DNA of 64,000 bases from Schizochytrium sp. TIO01 (Eukaryota; Protista; Bigyra: Labyrinthulomycetes): NCBI GenBank assembly GCA_004764695.1, contig SMSO01000008.1:62001-126000 (forward strand). Reading direction: 5' to 3'. The notes under the pieces were generated by a model. The model had not been told where the DNA came from, did not search any database, and was given only the letters and a program-made list of their open reading frames with translations. This document shows positions 1 through 13,500 of this stretch, piece by piece; the first letter of the stretch is position 1, and each line of letters opens with the position of its first letter. Made by a program: the position numbers and the translations under genes.

Positions 1-1108
1 GCTGCTTGTTAGCAGACTCAATTACAAGAAGAATCGAGCCAATCAAGAAAGCCCAAGAGCCCCAGTAGGTAGAGAGGTAAGTTCCGTAGTATTGGCAGCA
101 AATCTCACGTCCCTTCCAGTCATCGAGGAGACCAAAGAAACCGCAAAGCCAGAAACCACATCCTCCGAGGAAGTTAAAGAAGTTAACCCACCAGCCAATA
201 GCACCAAAGTTGGGTACATACCAGACGTACTGAGTCTCAAGCATCAGAACCCAACCAGCATAGATGAAACCACACGATCCAACCACCTGAAAACCCCAAA
301 TGAAGATATCAGCGACAATCCAGTTCTCAACAAGGATTCCGGCGGCGCCAGCCTTGGGAAGGTTCAGAGTCACAGAGCACGTAAACAGGCAGGCACCCAT
401 GAACTGAGCAGAGGCAGCAGCGGCTCCGGGGTTACTGAATTCAAGTGCGAACCATCTCCACTTAGAATCACGGTCCGAGTTTTGACCAGGGTTCTCAGCG
501 TCATATGAGACAAGGTGTGCAAGGTTGCTGTCACCCGTCTTGTTCTTGTTAAGGCCAAGTTTAGAGGCAATGCGGTAACCAAATTCAACAGTGCGGCGAG
601 GGTTAATGGCCTCGAGAACAGCAAAGTACGCACCAAACTGGAAAGAAAGACCACCAAAAAATCCACTGATAGCAGGGCCAAGCAACGATGCACGTTCATC
701 ATCAGGTGCAGGCGGCCACATAATGAGCCAACCTTGCACCACCCAGAGAATGGATCCCCAAGTAAACACATGGGCGACCCACCAAGAGATGTTGCCAGGC
801 TCAAATGTCAGCAAGTTGATGTTGATGGGGTGGATTTCGTCAGAGTTGCGGTCCTCCACAACGGGGTAGCGGTTCTTGCGGTGGTTACGGGTGTGCCAAA
901 TGATCTCACCATCAAACTCGCCGGGATAGAAGACCACTTCGTTGGGAGTGGTCTGTTCCATGCTTGTAATCTTGCCATTGAGTCCGTTCAGGTTAACACC
1001 CTTGAGGGACTCTGGACGGTGCTCTTCATCGGAGAGAGGAATACGAACGCCAGCAGAGCTGCCTTGGCGCCAGACGACTTCGCCTTCAACATCAACTTGA
1101 CGGCCCAT
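1..1108 (-). CDS. Host multi-pass integral membrane protein of a family seen in fungi; 3'-partial, runs off the window
   Basis: Manual translation from ATG at 1108 is open to base 1: MGRQVDVEG...WHTRNHRKNRY...ISWWVAHVFTWGSILWVV...LEAIN...MLETQYVWYVPNFGAIGWWVNFFNFLGGCGFWLCG...TYWGSWAFLIGS. These match recalled motifs of an uncharacterised fungal membrane protein family (WRSRDNRKGR, LETQ..WY.P, FWGSWAFLIGS). Not in the ORF track because the stop lies outside the window. Confidence 0.85.
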   Translation of the reverse strand, partial: MGRQVDVEGEVVWRQGSSAGVRIPLSDEEHRPESLKGVNLNGLNGKITSMEQTTPNEVVFYPGEFDGEIIWHTRNHRKNRYPVVEDRNSDEIHPININLLTFEPGNISWWVAHVFTWGSILWVVQGWLIMWPPAPDDERASLLGPAISGFFGGLSFQFGAYFAVLEAINPRRTVEFGYRIASKLGLNKNKTGDSNLAHLVSYDAENPGQNSDRDSKWRWFALEFSNPGAAAASAQFMGACLFTCSVTLNLPKAGAAGILVENWIVADIFIWGFQVVGSCGFIYAGWVLMLETQYVWYVPNFGAIGWWVNFFNFLGGCGFWLCGFFGLLDDWKGREICCQYYGTYLSTYWGSWAFLIGSILLVIESANKQ

Positions 1109-1451
1109 CTTGCTGACTGTCTTGTCTGTTTACCTTGTGCAAAGGCTAGCTTTCAAGTTCAAGCGGCTTACGACTTGGGGTTTTCTGTGTGACTTTGCCG
1201 GAATGAGAGAGTATGCAGTGCGAGCAGCACTTGGTTTCTCTTGTGGCTTTGTTGGTTTGGCTTTGCCTCGAGGGAGAGGCGTTTGGGGTTTGCTGATGTT
1301 GGAGCGTTGCCACTTGCCACGGGTTGGTGTTTTCCCCTTGCAACTTAATGAGCCTGCTACTATTGAGTTTCAAGGTCATTTATGGCACGAGAAGGGAGAC
1401 AGTGGTTATTACTCGTGCTTTGCACGCTCCGACACATACTTTTTCTAAAGA

Positions 1452-1545
1452 AAAAAGAGAGAAACAATAAAAGAGGACATAGAGAGCGATAGAGAGAGAG
1501 AGAGACAGACAGACATACAGAGAGACATAGAGAGACAGGGAGAAA
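1452..1545. repeat. GA-rich low-complexity tract upstream of the host gene
   Basis: (GA)n and gagacagac/gacatagag units seen directly. Confidence 0.8.
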
Positions 1546-2483
1546 ATTGGATTTCTAATTTACGCCTAGAAAGAGGATTTTAATTTTGTTTTTAGTTTAA
1601 ATATTATAAACAAAAAAGAAAACAAAATGAAAAAATGAAGGGAATAAAACACTATGATGGTGGAACCATGCTGCTAGGGCAGAAAAGGGGTGGTAGATTT
1701 AAAAAAGAAGGGGAAAAAAAGGGTTTTAAGAGCAGTTTCCGAGAGAGGGGGAGCAGAGGAGCAACACAACTTGAGTCGCATCAAGGAGAAGAAAGTTTGG
1801 GCAAAGGAAGCGTGTTGTTTTAGCTGGCCTTGAGTACGCTTCTGGCGCAGAAGAGTGCAGCATGACATTCCCCGTTCCTTATTTTCCAAATGCGAGTTGT
1901 AAATCATTTGTTAACAACTTTTCAAAACATTTTATTCATTTTAAAACAAAGTTTAGTCGAGAACTAACAAGAGGAAAACAAAAAAGAGAAATAAGAAAAC
2001 AATCACTGTCGTCAATTGATGCGACTAGCATTGCCTGAGAAAAACTAGCACCATTGCGCAAATGTGCAGACTTGGGCACCATTTGCATCCTTACTCTTTA
2101 CATCAGCCAAGAGAGTGACACCCCCCCCCCCCACCCCGCCTTGGCACAGGGACACCCTGAAGTCGAGCCTCAAGGCAATTTGCATTAAGTAGCATCAAGC
2201 CAGATAGACTTGTTTAATTACCAGTACAGGTTATGGACGCGCTGCTGCTTGAACTCGCTCCTCCGCACCCGGCGCCTCCTTTGAAGCCGTCGCACATAAC
2301 AACTAGCATTACATGGTATACTAGCAGGTTGCTAATGGTAGCAGAAAATGGAATGAGAAAATACTCAGCACACAGCACGTCATTTTATTTCTCCTTTTTT
2401 TGCAATCAAAAGTGGTTTCCTACTTTGTTCCATATTTGGTGATTATAGATTATGATGAACACAAAGAATATTTTTAGATTAAA

Positions 2484-2900
2484 TTATCTGCACTGGTAAG
2501 GCAGCAGTAATAGAAGCACCTGCATACGAATGCAAAGTGTTATATCCATCTCATGGCTGCAGAAATTGAACATTTCCTTCAGTTCGTGTGCGTTGGCTAT
2601 GCCACCAAAGGTAGCAGCCAGACGTGGATCTGACGAGCGAGCCAGTTGCATAATGTTCTTTATCTTTTGGGTCTCAAGTTGGTAGCATTCTTGGTTATCG
2701 AGGTGATCGGTAGCAGAGTAAGTATCTCCTGTCACTGCTAGTAAGAAGTTCATGTCAAGACCCTCCCACTTCTGCTCTATAAAAAGTATTGCCAACTCGG
2801 ACTCTGATTTTTGAAGAAGCCGAGAAAACAAGTTGATTGGAGGCAGTGCGTAGACAGGTGCAGGTCCAACCTAAAGCAAACTGGCCGTGCCATCTGACGT
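2484..2900 (-). pseudogene. Decayed coding remnant, possibly the methyltransferase-like domain of a DIRS-type retrotransposon
   Basis: Across one frameshift the minus strand reads FALGW...VYALPPINLFSRLLQK..E.AIL....W, resembling the DAF..W...YAFPP..LI.RVL.K..E....ILI.P.W motif of DIRS elements. Confidence 0.3.
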
Positions 2901-3971
2901 CAGGACCGTGTCTCACACTTGTCTTCCGTCCCAAAATTTAAAGGCTCTGAGAATGGGCTACTAGCATTTGCTTTCTTTCTTCTCTACTTCGCGGCATGCA
3001 ACATGCGGCATGCGCTTTTGCCCAATCCAAAGCACTTTGCTACCTGTGCTGTGCTACAACTTTGCAGCACCCTTGCCCTTTCCTTTAAAGGAAAAACAAT
3101 AGATGAGAGCGACTAAATAGGAAATCTGCAGATTTCCCAAAACTGCAGAAACCCCGGAACGACACCCTGTAATGTCACCCATCGATTACCCAAAATGTTG
3201 CACGTTGCAGCTCCTGTGAAAACTCTGAAGCCTGGGCGTGTTTGATTTCTGAAAAGTGTTTTCCTAATTGTTCAGATGTAGCTCAGAAGACAATATTGAA
3301 GGTTTTGCTGGGTTTGCTGGCGTGATGCCAACTGAGGAAACCCAGTTGGCCGGGGATGAAGGGATGACGACAGAGCTGCAAAATTTTGGTCTGCGATTCT
3401 TAGACCTCCTTTTCCATGTTGGTATAAATATGATGCTCAACACTTTATAAAAGTTTCTTGCCCCTTTTCTCATCATCAGTATTAGGATAAACCTAAGTCA
3501 CGGCGCATTCTTGAGATTGTGCTACATACCCAATTTGCCCGAAGAATTGACAGCGGAATTGCGACATGGCGGCAAGATGACATTTTATATAGCATAGGCA
3601 CCAACGTGTCTGTTGTGTTCTAAGATTGCTTATTGCTGCATTTTTTTTCCTTCTAGCATTTATAACCATCTCCTATTCATTTTTAGAAGAAAAAAATAAA
3701 ATAAAAAAACAGAGGAAATTATTTTCAAATTCTTAAGGCATCACAAAGTACTGTCACCAATCAAAGGCTATTCCTGTTATTCGTTTGATTTGGGTGAAAC
3801 TAAAGTCCGCAAATATAGCTAGCTATCATGAAAAGCATAGGCTAGCTTAGACTCTACAAAGGCATCTTGTGGTTCTTACTTATCAGCTATTTATTCCCAA
3901 TATGAAGAATAGCCTGAAGTTTTTTTAAAATTAAAATAGAGAAAGTGCTCATGATTTTTGTCCAGGGTGAA

Positions 3972-4118
3972 CCGCGAGCGAACAGCCGACGAGCAGGGAG
4001 GGACAGGCGAGCAGACGACGAGCAGCGAGGAAGCGAGCGAGCAGACGAGCAAGAAAGCAAGCGAGCAGAGAGCAAGAGAGCATGCGAGCAGACGAACGTG
4101 TGAACTGGCGAGCGATCT
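3972..4118 (+). repeat. GC-rich low-complexity tract of GCGAGC/ACGAGC units
   Basis: Repeated gcgagc/acgagc/gcagac words; shorter similar tracts at ~8469-8518 and ~14074-14165. Confidence 0.6.
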
Positions 4119-6941
4119 GAAGTGATTAAGCGTCTGGGCTAGTAGAGATTTGGTTTCTCAGCGGACGGGCTCGCGGGTGATTTCGTGGGCGGGCCCTCGT
4201 GGACGAACGACAACTTTATTTAATTAGAAAAAAAGAGTAGGTACTAATATCTAGTAATACACAATTGGAAGACAAAGAATTATAGAAAGCAAAAAAAAAA
4301 ATTCTTGTCAAAACAATATGATACTTAGACTAGGTAGATTGGTGCTACTTCTACAGTATATGATAAAACAATTGTAGGTTTAACAAAATATCAAACAAAG
4401 CTCGAGAGAGGGAAAAGGGTGAGAAATCTGGAGCAGAGCTTTGACGGCAAGCCAAGCAAGTTTGCCTTGAAGTGTCTATGGATCGGCTATGATAATTGTA
4501 GCAGACGATGCCTACCCGGAGTGCGAATGGACGCAACTACTTTTGTTCTTTTGTTAAAGACTGTTTATTGCTCCTCCCTGAAACTCAAGCAATTGGCGCG
4601 CTGTGCTACTTTCGAATCACGTTCATCACTTTGAATTGAAATGGAAAAGGTCCTCCACTGGCTGACTGCTCTGCTACCATAGGCACCATAGGTAGATAGG
4701 TAATTTGTCATAGTACACACCAACTTTTCAAGTACTAAAAACCACTAATTAGTGCTACTAGGGAAACCATTCAAACTCATTTTCTGATTTGGTTTCAGAT
4801 CTGTTCGCGCTGCTAACAGCTTTGTGGCAATGAGGGTAACGCGGTAGTACCTTCAAGCCTCCAAGCCGCAAGCACGTTCACGCTGAAGCAAACAATTTCA
4901 GTAAACTCCTCTCCCTATATTGTGATGCAAATACAACCTGTAGGCCACCTTGCTTATACGCTCTCTGTTTCGTTTATTATTATTATTATTATTATTATAC
5001 ACTACATCCATGATTGTATGAACAGAACAGCATTGTCAGCACGCTTTAAGAGACTAAAAAGGAAAGTTGAAAGGTAGAGAACAAAGTCATCCAGGAGCAG
5101 GAGTGCTACCAACCAGCAGAATATGTCCGAGAAACCAGGAGCTCTGCCTATGCTGCCGTTCACACGTGCGTAGCAGATCTCCAGCAGTCACGCGCGTGCA
5201 AAAGTATTATTAGTTAGTTTTTGAAAACAATTTCTTTTAAAATGCTAAATTTCAATTTAATGATATCAACACTAGGAATAGGGATAATTAAAAAAGTAAT
5301 TTACAAAATAAAAATAAAATAAAATAAACAGATAAACCAGACATTTAAGTTGATAGAAGTTGAGTGTACGCGCCTCATATTTGAAAGTAGAATGAATACT
5401 AGTAAAAATTGAGTTGTGGAGAGTGCGCATTTCTCTATACTCAGCCCCAATTTATTGTATGCACAGAACTTCGTAGTTACAGCATAACTTTAGTGCTACT
5501 CATCGTTGCATTAACAATGTGCTACTCCAGTATTAGGTAGATATCAAAAGCAGGCACCCACCATCTCGAAGAACCTGTGTCACAAGACCCATCCCTCTCC
5601 ATTCATTCTTTTCCTTTTTTCTTCTTCTTCTTTGTACAATCCCATTTTATTTTTAACTTTTAATTAAATTAATTTAAAAGTAAAACAAGCTTTCTTTCTT
5701 TTCAACTTTGGTATAAATGTGTGGGACTGTAGATTAATTATGTTCCCACCTAAAACCTTCATTTAATTTAGCAAGACCACCTACAAAGTCTGTACAATTC
5801 CCTCCAAGGGACACAATTTTGAGGCAAACATATAGAGTCAGACCTTGATGCTTCCCAAGGTAGCGGTAGCCCTGTTATCATTCGTTCGTCCAAAATGCGA
5901 AAACTAAGAAAAAAAAATGGCATTTTTTGGGGGGGGAGGGCGTTATTCGAAGATGCTATTGACACTACGATAACACAAAATAGGCGGGTAACCTGTAGCA
6001 CATCAATCTTATACATTCTTGAAAAAATCATGCGTAAGGAAGAAGGAGAGAAAGGAGGACCATTTAGACAAACAATAGTTCTGTCTTGGTGAATGAATCT
6101 TAAAAAGTATTGTCTTGATTGAATTTCACATTCAGGATCTAGAAAAGTTTACGCTCTATTTTGTTGTCGTCAAAAAGCGAATAGACTCTGATCTCTTCTG
6201 AGTATGTATAACTTATATATCTGTATTGTCATAGCTTAACTATACAGTTGGTTTGAAGAGAATATCAATACGCTTCATTTTAATAGTGGAAGAGAAGAAT
6301 GCATTTCGTGCTACATTTCTAATATGAACAAAAACACAACGTCGTTATTGTAATACTGCTTTATTTACTCCACTAGTACCTAGTACTTTCCTGCGTAAAT
6401 ATCGCAACAAAGTGGAGGCTTTTGCCTGCACGTGCTAGATAAAAAGAAGGAAACAAGCTATATAAACACTTTAAATGTCATATTATATATGTAAAAAAAT
6501 AGTTACGCGACCTGGCACATCAAAAAATCAAAATTGATAAGAAGTGTACTAGTTGACTCGATAATGGCTCTTCGCCTTGCATGAGTAACTACGTACTCTC
6601 CTGCTGGCACTTATGGCATTTACTCTCAATATCTCTTGACCCATTAGTTGAAAAAGATAACTCCTAAAAAGACTTTCAAGCCGTTCAGCTAGAATCAACC
6701 TACTTTTGCAATCCACATGTGACTGCTACAAATCATCGTCCCATGGTTGTATGATCGTATTTTTAAAAGGTTTCGAGTGCATACCTACCCTCTTTCTTCC
6801 TTGACTTACCATCTCCCTGGTGTCTTCCGGCAACACCTACATTCTCGTCCGGGCTCCTCCCAGAATCATTTTCCTCGGATGATCTCCTCATCCACAAAAT
6901 GACTTCCTAATAGTCAGTCTTTTAAACGTGCCACACTAGTT

Positions 6942-7049
6942 ATTTGCTTTGCTTTGTTTTGTTGTTTTGTTTTGTTTTGTTTTATTTTGTTTTATTTTGT
7001 TTTGTTTTGTTTTGTTTTATTTTGTTTTGTTTTGTTTTGTTTTGTTTTT
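6942..7049. repeat. (TTTTG)n microsatellite
   Basis: Seen directly; explains spurious ORFs 6949..7203 and 6954..7181. Confidence 0.95.
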
Positions 7050-7062
7050 CAAATTAAGCATG

Positions 7063-7166
7063 TTACTACTACTATTACTACTATTACTACTATCGCCACT
7101 AGTAGTAGTAATGGTAGTACTAATAGTAATATTAACTCTAATACTAATAGTAATACTAATACTAAC
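7063..7166. repeat. TAC/TAG/TAA trinucleotide-type low-complexity repeat, partly self-complementary
   Basis: tactactattactactat-cgccac-tagtagtagtaatggtagta followed by taatac units. Confidence 0.85.
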
Positions 7167-7534
7167 CGTGATAGGTACTAATAAATCTTTTACCAATACG
7201 TAGTCTTTACTAAGTTAAAGAATCGCCTTCTAGTGAGAGTGATAATAATACCTTTCTAAATACTATGTAGAATATGATGAGCACAACTAGGTTTGTACTA
7301 GAAATTAGTTGCACGCAAAGAGCAATGTTATTACCACGGTGACAATAAATTCAAATGAAAGTTCACAATAGCTGATGTGTACTTCAAATAAACTCGAAAC
7401 CTAGCAAGCAAAAGTAACGAAGCTCAACAGCACAACAGTTTAAAGGAATTATCGAAAAGAAAAAGCAACAAAACCCTCATTTAGTATCTAGATTAGGATT
7501 GTGCATGGCAAATATAATTGCATCAGGCAATCAA

Positions 7535-7569
<35 letters not shown>

Positions 7570-10500
7570 GGATTAGAGAAATAAATTCCAGCATTAAAAT
7601 TGAATTAATTCCATTTTATTTTTACGATTTGTTGGATGGAATGTGAAATGTACTCTTGTAGCACCCTGCGCCAGCTCGTCCTGGTACTAGTTACTTAGGT
7701 TGCTTTTTTGCAAATGTTAACTGTATTAATATGCTAAAACGAGATATAGAAGCTATATATCCCAGCGCATCGTTTCTCAGCCAATTTATTCATGAAACAT
7801 TGCTGACAATCTCAAGCAAGAAAAGTACTATAAATGTTCATATTATGATCTCCCGCAAATTTCATATTATGTACCAGCGAATGATGTTGCACTCATCAAA
7901 ATAGTAATCAATAGTTTTTCTACCCAGGTAGTAGCTCCCTTTTGTTGTTGCTGAAAAGCGTGCTTACAAATCAAGGATCTGATATATTTTGGGGGGATGT
8001 ATCTTGGAAATCATGTATGCCCAATTAAAACCCCGCCTACGGAGAAAATCAAGAAGTAAGTCTTGACACGTAGGGACAAAGACAAGTTAGCAAGAAAGTG
8101 AGGACTTGTCTTCCCTCTCAAGTATTGACTCGAAAATACAGCATTATGAAATTCAAGCATTTCACCAAGTACAGCTACTCCTTTCCTTCCTTAGTGTCCC
8201 CTCGATTTAGTCCATGCACGTGAGTAACATAATCGCCCGAAATATACTACTAATATTCTTCTAATAACTGACCTGGCTTCTCGCTGTTTTTATTCTGGTA
8301 GTGTTCCTGCCTACACCAACTACTTTCAAGATGATGTTAGTACACCTCTCTCTGGAATCAGCCTCCTTGCCGGTCCGCGCTAATCAAGACCTAGTACTGT
8401 ACCTACACTTACAGTTGCATGCTGGCCACACTCTGCTACCAGAGGGTGATAACTAAGGAGATCTTTTCCGAGCGGTGCGAGCGGTGCGAGCGGGACACGG
8501 ACGGATACGAGCAAGCCGAATATGCAAACAATTGTTGAGGTTGCGACAATGGTGTGGACATAAATACAGCCCAAGCCTACAAGGAGCCTTTTCTGCTCGC
8601 GAGGCTGGCAATTAGCCGCGGAGCTGATCTCTAAATGTGCTACTAATATCGCTCTTAGCGCCTGCAGTAGAATTACTAGTGACGCCCATCCAGCATTAAG
8701 TTCAGTAAACGAAAAGCCACGAGCAGGTGTAGATCTTTTTCCTTTTTCTTTCTTAAACTTTATTCCCTTTTGTTTCCTTCTCTTTTTTACCATTCCAGAA
8801 AACATCTAACTTGTAGCAGCTTCCACGGCAACTTGGAAGAAGAATAACTCTAATAGGATTAGTCAGATACCTTTTAACAAACTAAATTGCCAGGGAGACT
8901 CACTAAGTGTGCGAAACAACTACCAAGATTTTAAAACTTTCTTCCTGTTTACGGGACTGCCATTTTTATCCCTACAAGTTCTATGTAGAGTGTAGAAAGC
9001 AATCTTTTTAGGAAGGAGTAAAAGCGCTCGCGACTAACGCAGCAGCACAACTATCACCAGGGATTTTACTAGTGTTGCTTTCACTTCCCTTACTGTCGCT
9101 ACTGATCATTTTCTTAAACTTTTATGTCCGAGAAAATCGTGCTCTTCACTTGGCTAGCTAGAATTGCGAGACATTGAAGTTCTTACCAACACATAACCGG
9201 TGTTTGGTATAAGTGCTACGCTATAGTAATCAGAAAGTAGAAAACCTACTTTTTTTTATAGTTCTATTTACCATGGTACTAGTACCAGTACCCACTTTTT
9301 TGTCTGATGATAATTTTTCTAAAATATATAATTAAACTTTAAAAAATTGATTTTATAAATAAAAATCGAAGTTCTTCCATGTATGATTTGTCTACTTTAC
9401 GGCATAGTAGGTAGGTAGGTAGGTACGCTACCCTATCCTACCTAATGCTGACTATTAGGTACTAGTAGCAGAATTTACTAATAACGTCAACAGTAGTACC
9501 AGGTAGAGCAGTTAGTAGCAGCTTCTATAAAGCTGGGCGCACGCAGAACCCAGCCCAGCTCTATTAATCCGATTCCATCTCCTTTATTCCCTTGGCCTAG
9601 TACGACTCTTGAGACCCCATCCAAGCTGGTGACTTGCGGTTGTTGAGACATTCAAACTGCACAGAATATTCCGTACGTTGCAACCTCTTAGGTAGTTCTA
9701 CTTCTCTTTGCTCTTGACGACCTACCGTGCTATTAGGAGGACACTAGACAAGTGCTGCAAACATGCATTTTTCTTTTTACATGAGTCTTTGCCAACTTGG
9801 ACGCATAGTTAATTTGAAAATACCTTGTGATTTATATAGTTTACACATACTACCAATCATAACATTTTGGATCTGCGGTGCTACAGCCGCAAATAAAGGG
9901 GCAAAGCCGCAAAGAAGAATATGTGTATTGTACAAATTTTAGGAATTTGAACAAGACGAGTGGAGAGTATATCATTTCCAAGTAACAAATTCCCCCAAAA
10001 CCTTCTTTGTTCAAGTCCTGACTTCCGGGCTTCAAACATCATCAAGCACTACTTCTCCGGGTGATATTGCCCTGGATCGCTGTCACCCCTTTGCATTAGC
10101 TATAAAAATGGTGAAATGATCCCTTGTTTTGTGCACGAGTTGCCGAAACCATCATGTGTAAAAGGTACCGTTCGTTATGCATGTAATTACCCACATGATA
10201 CTAAAATTTTACAGCCAAAGCTGCTTTGCTTCAATCACAAGAGAAGTGCTAGTTACTAATACTTACTCTGAGTCGTTTCATTTTAACACAGCAAAGAAAT
10301 TGTTCTTACACCATCTACCTAGGGAGCGATAAGAAGTAGGAGCATTAAAACCTTACGACTCCATTCCTTGAGAGTTTGGAATTGGGAGTTGTAGGTAGGA
10401 GTTGGGAATAGTACGCTGATTTCCGGAAGATTTACATACTGTGGTCTCTACTATGAAAGGTTGAGGGGCGTTCTTCTGCTCTAGTAAAAGCACCATCCCA

Positions 10501-13500
10501 AGTGGCTATGGCTAGTTAGAGTATTTATATACGGTATCTAAGATTACTCACGGTCTAAATAGTACTTCTTAACTTGGTTCATTAAATATCAATCCAGCTG
10601 TTTGTCTTAACCACTTTTTCGATAGTGAAAGTGCCCTTAATTTCACTTCCTTTTCTGATCAGCTTATCTTTGTCGATCCTGACAAAAATTTCCAGGACCC
10701 CGCTTCGTTTTCCCTTTTACTCTCATTTCGCAGTCCATTAGTTTTACTCTTGCTCATATTGGCTTGGTTATAGTAGGGGGCTACACAAGTGACAGACAGC
10801 AATAGGAGTAGGAATAAATTTCTTCACTCAAACACCTACATATTCAGAAACTCTGCTCTAAAAATTGCTAGGACCAAGCATTGGTCAAATCGTGCGCCGT
10901 GTTTTGTCCTTTCTGTTGCACGTGCGAAGTCAGCTTTATATCTCAACTGAATTACTAACTCTCTAGCCTCTTCTCTGCAATTCGTCCCTTGCCGCCTTTT
11001 AATCCTGCCCTTTTTCTTACACATTGCACGTTTGCTAATTTCAGTATGAAAGTCATTTAGGATTTCAATTCTACCAAGGTGATTTTTTTGTTCTTCGACG
11101 TATCTATCTACCTACCTCTGTAGGATGTATGGGCAGTTTTTTCTTTTCTTTTTTTTCTTTTTTCCAAATTATTGAAATTGTTAGTGGTATTTATTTACAA
11201 AGGAATAGTTGCACCCTGGCCCTATATACGAATAATAATACATTTAACTTCAGGATTGTCCATATATTTGCTTTGCTTTACCTCACCCTCGTTGAATACT
11301 TCTTGCTCAATAGTCTCGATATTTCGTCCAGTCTAAGTTTACATTTCTTTGTGAAGGAGACTCTCACTCTACGAGCTGATTTCAAGGCTACTACTTACCG
11401 ATAATCAATTCCACTTGCAACTTTACATAGCACTAAAATAAATGCTCACTATAGATCGCCCGATGAATTAAGCCACATTCATGGCGGTCCCAGCACATTC
11501 AATTAGACGTGGTCGTAGAACTATGCAGCTAATTGAGTCCATGTACCATAATCAAACTAATTACCTCTACTAGGCGATCGATATCGTTCAAGCTTCTATC
11601 CGCCAGAATACTAATAGATAATCTCTCATGATCTTACGAACTACTCCTAAAACAAAACTCCTAGCTGGAAGACTAACAGGTAATTCACGACAGCCAACTT
11701 AGGCTTTCTGATTCGCAACAACACCGATCCTCAAAACGCCAACAATTCTAGTGGCCACTGGCCGCGGACCATCCGTCTGGGTGCTCTTTCAAGATGTTGT
11801 GTGTCTAGTTGACACTTTCTCAAGACGCTTACTACTAGATAGCTTACCTACCTACATACTACTTATAGTCAATTTTTATTTATTTTTTTATTTTTTTTAA
11901 TAATCTACCGAAAATGCAGGCAAAAAGAGTAGAAAGGTAGATGGAAAGAGCCCAATGCTTCTGCATAGTCAGAGGCTACTCCTTTTAGTCAATCCTTTTT
12001 CCTTGGATAAAAACAAAAGCCAAAGTATATCACTTAGTACATCTTAAACAGTGCCCAGGATCCTCTTGGTCAATAGGAATAGCCCTAAGTGAGAGTGGTA
12101 TTTTAATGTCAATATATATACATTTATTTATTTGTTAATTGCTTTTCAAGGAATATATATATCAAGATGTGGACGCTAATCAATACCAGGTAACACAACA
12201 CTAAAGCAGCCCATAATTTCAAATGTAGACCAAGAGCAGAAGAACTCGAATTGTTTATTTTTATCCACAGCGTAACCCATTTTACTTTTCTATAAGTTTC
12301 GGGACGTTCCTATAAAATTTCGACAAACGAGTTTTTCAAAACATCTCAGGAAGAAAGAAAGCATTACCGGGGCTTCAATCTACATGGTCTCTTTTTAAGC
12401 TAGCTGCATTTATAAAGTTGACCTGTCAAATTTTATAATCGAAATTGTACGTATGTGTTGTACCATCAATACCATTGATTTATATCCACACTCTCACTAG
12501 TTAGAGTTGATAAGTCCAAATCTTTCAGCTTGGGTAAGACCCCAAGCCAAGACAATCGTTCAATACTGTTAAATCTCATAATGTATGTACAAGAAAAGAC
12601 TTAAAAGCCGCCGTTGTTATTATATTATTTGATAACTCTACTTTTCTTTTTATTGAATACACAGTTGTTTAACCCAGATGTAATTCAAGATTCACGTGCG
12701 AAGAATAACATCGGTCCAGCAACGAGCTGGTTAAAAATGGAGAAAAATGGAGAAATACACACAAACGTTTGGGATAAGAAGATTCTGCTGTATAAAATAC
12801 ACTAAAGGCTTTTGCTTTCATACCGTCTCAGCCTGGTATATTATTGCGTTAAGTCTTCAAGCATGACCTAGACCTTGATTGAATAAGAACAATAAACAAT
12901 CGCACTCAAGTTCCAAAACACCATAGCATCTGGCTGCTCTCTCTTTTGAAATAAACAGCCCTGTCTCCTCAACTTTGAATGTTTTGATTATTCGTTTCAC
13001 TACTAGGTTACCTCTTCAAGCAACTGTTACTCATAGAAGTGGTGAACAGTAATTTTACAAAGAGTAGATAGCACTCTCGCTAGTCAGAAGTAATAATTTA
13101 AAATCTTTCAGCTTGCAAAGCTCAGAACATTACGAGTAGGAGGCAGCATCAGTATCCACTAAGCGGGTGCCATGGAAGGGGAAATTATACCTAAAAAGAT
13201 AACTTTTAAATTATAAAAAATAATAACTCACTCTCGCAGAGTGATGCCTAATTAGCTCTTTCCCTTCCTTATTGTTATTTAAAATATAATGATATGAAAG
13301 ACTTTCAGGTAGTGCTATAGACGATGATATTATAGACAACCTTCTTCTTTCCTCACAAACACTCTCTGCTCTGTATTTATTTCTCTCTTCCAAATTCCTC
13401 AAGTTCTTTGTTTGTTTCTTCTTTTAAGTGCTAAGCCTATTACCCTCTTAGTGGGTACCTAGTGATCCCTAAAGAACCTCTTACACAACCAATCGTACTG

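Noticed and set aside
92-1192. Plus-strand ORFs 92..508 and 515..1192
   Set aside because: Antisense shadows of the minus-strand membrane gene.
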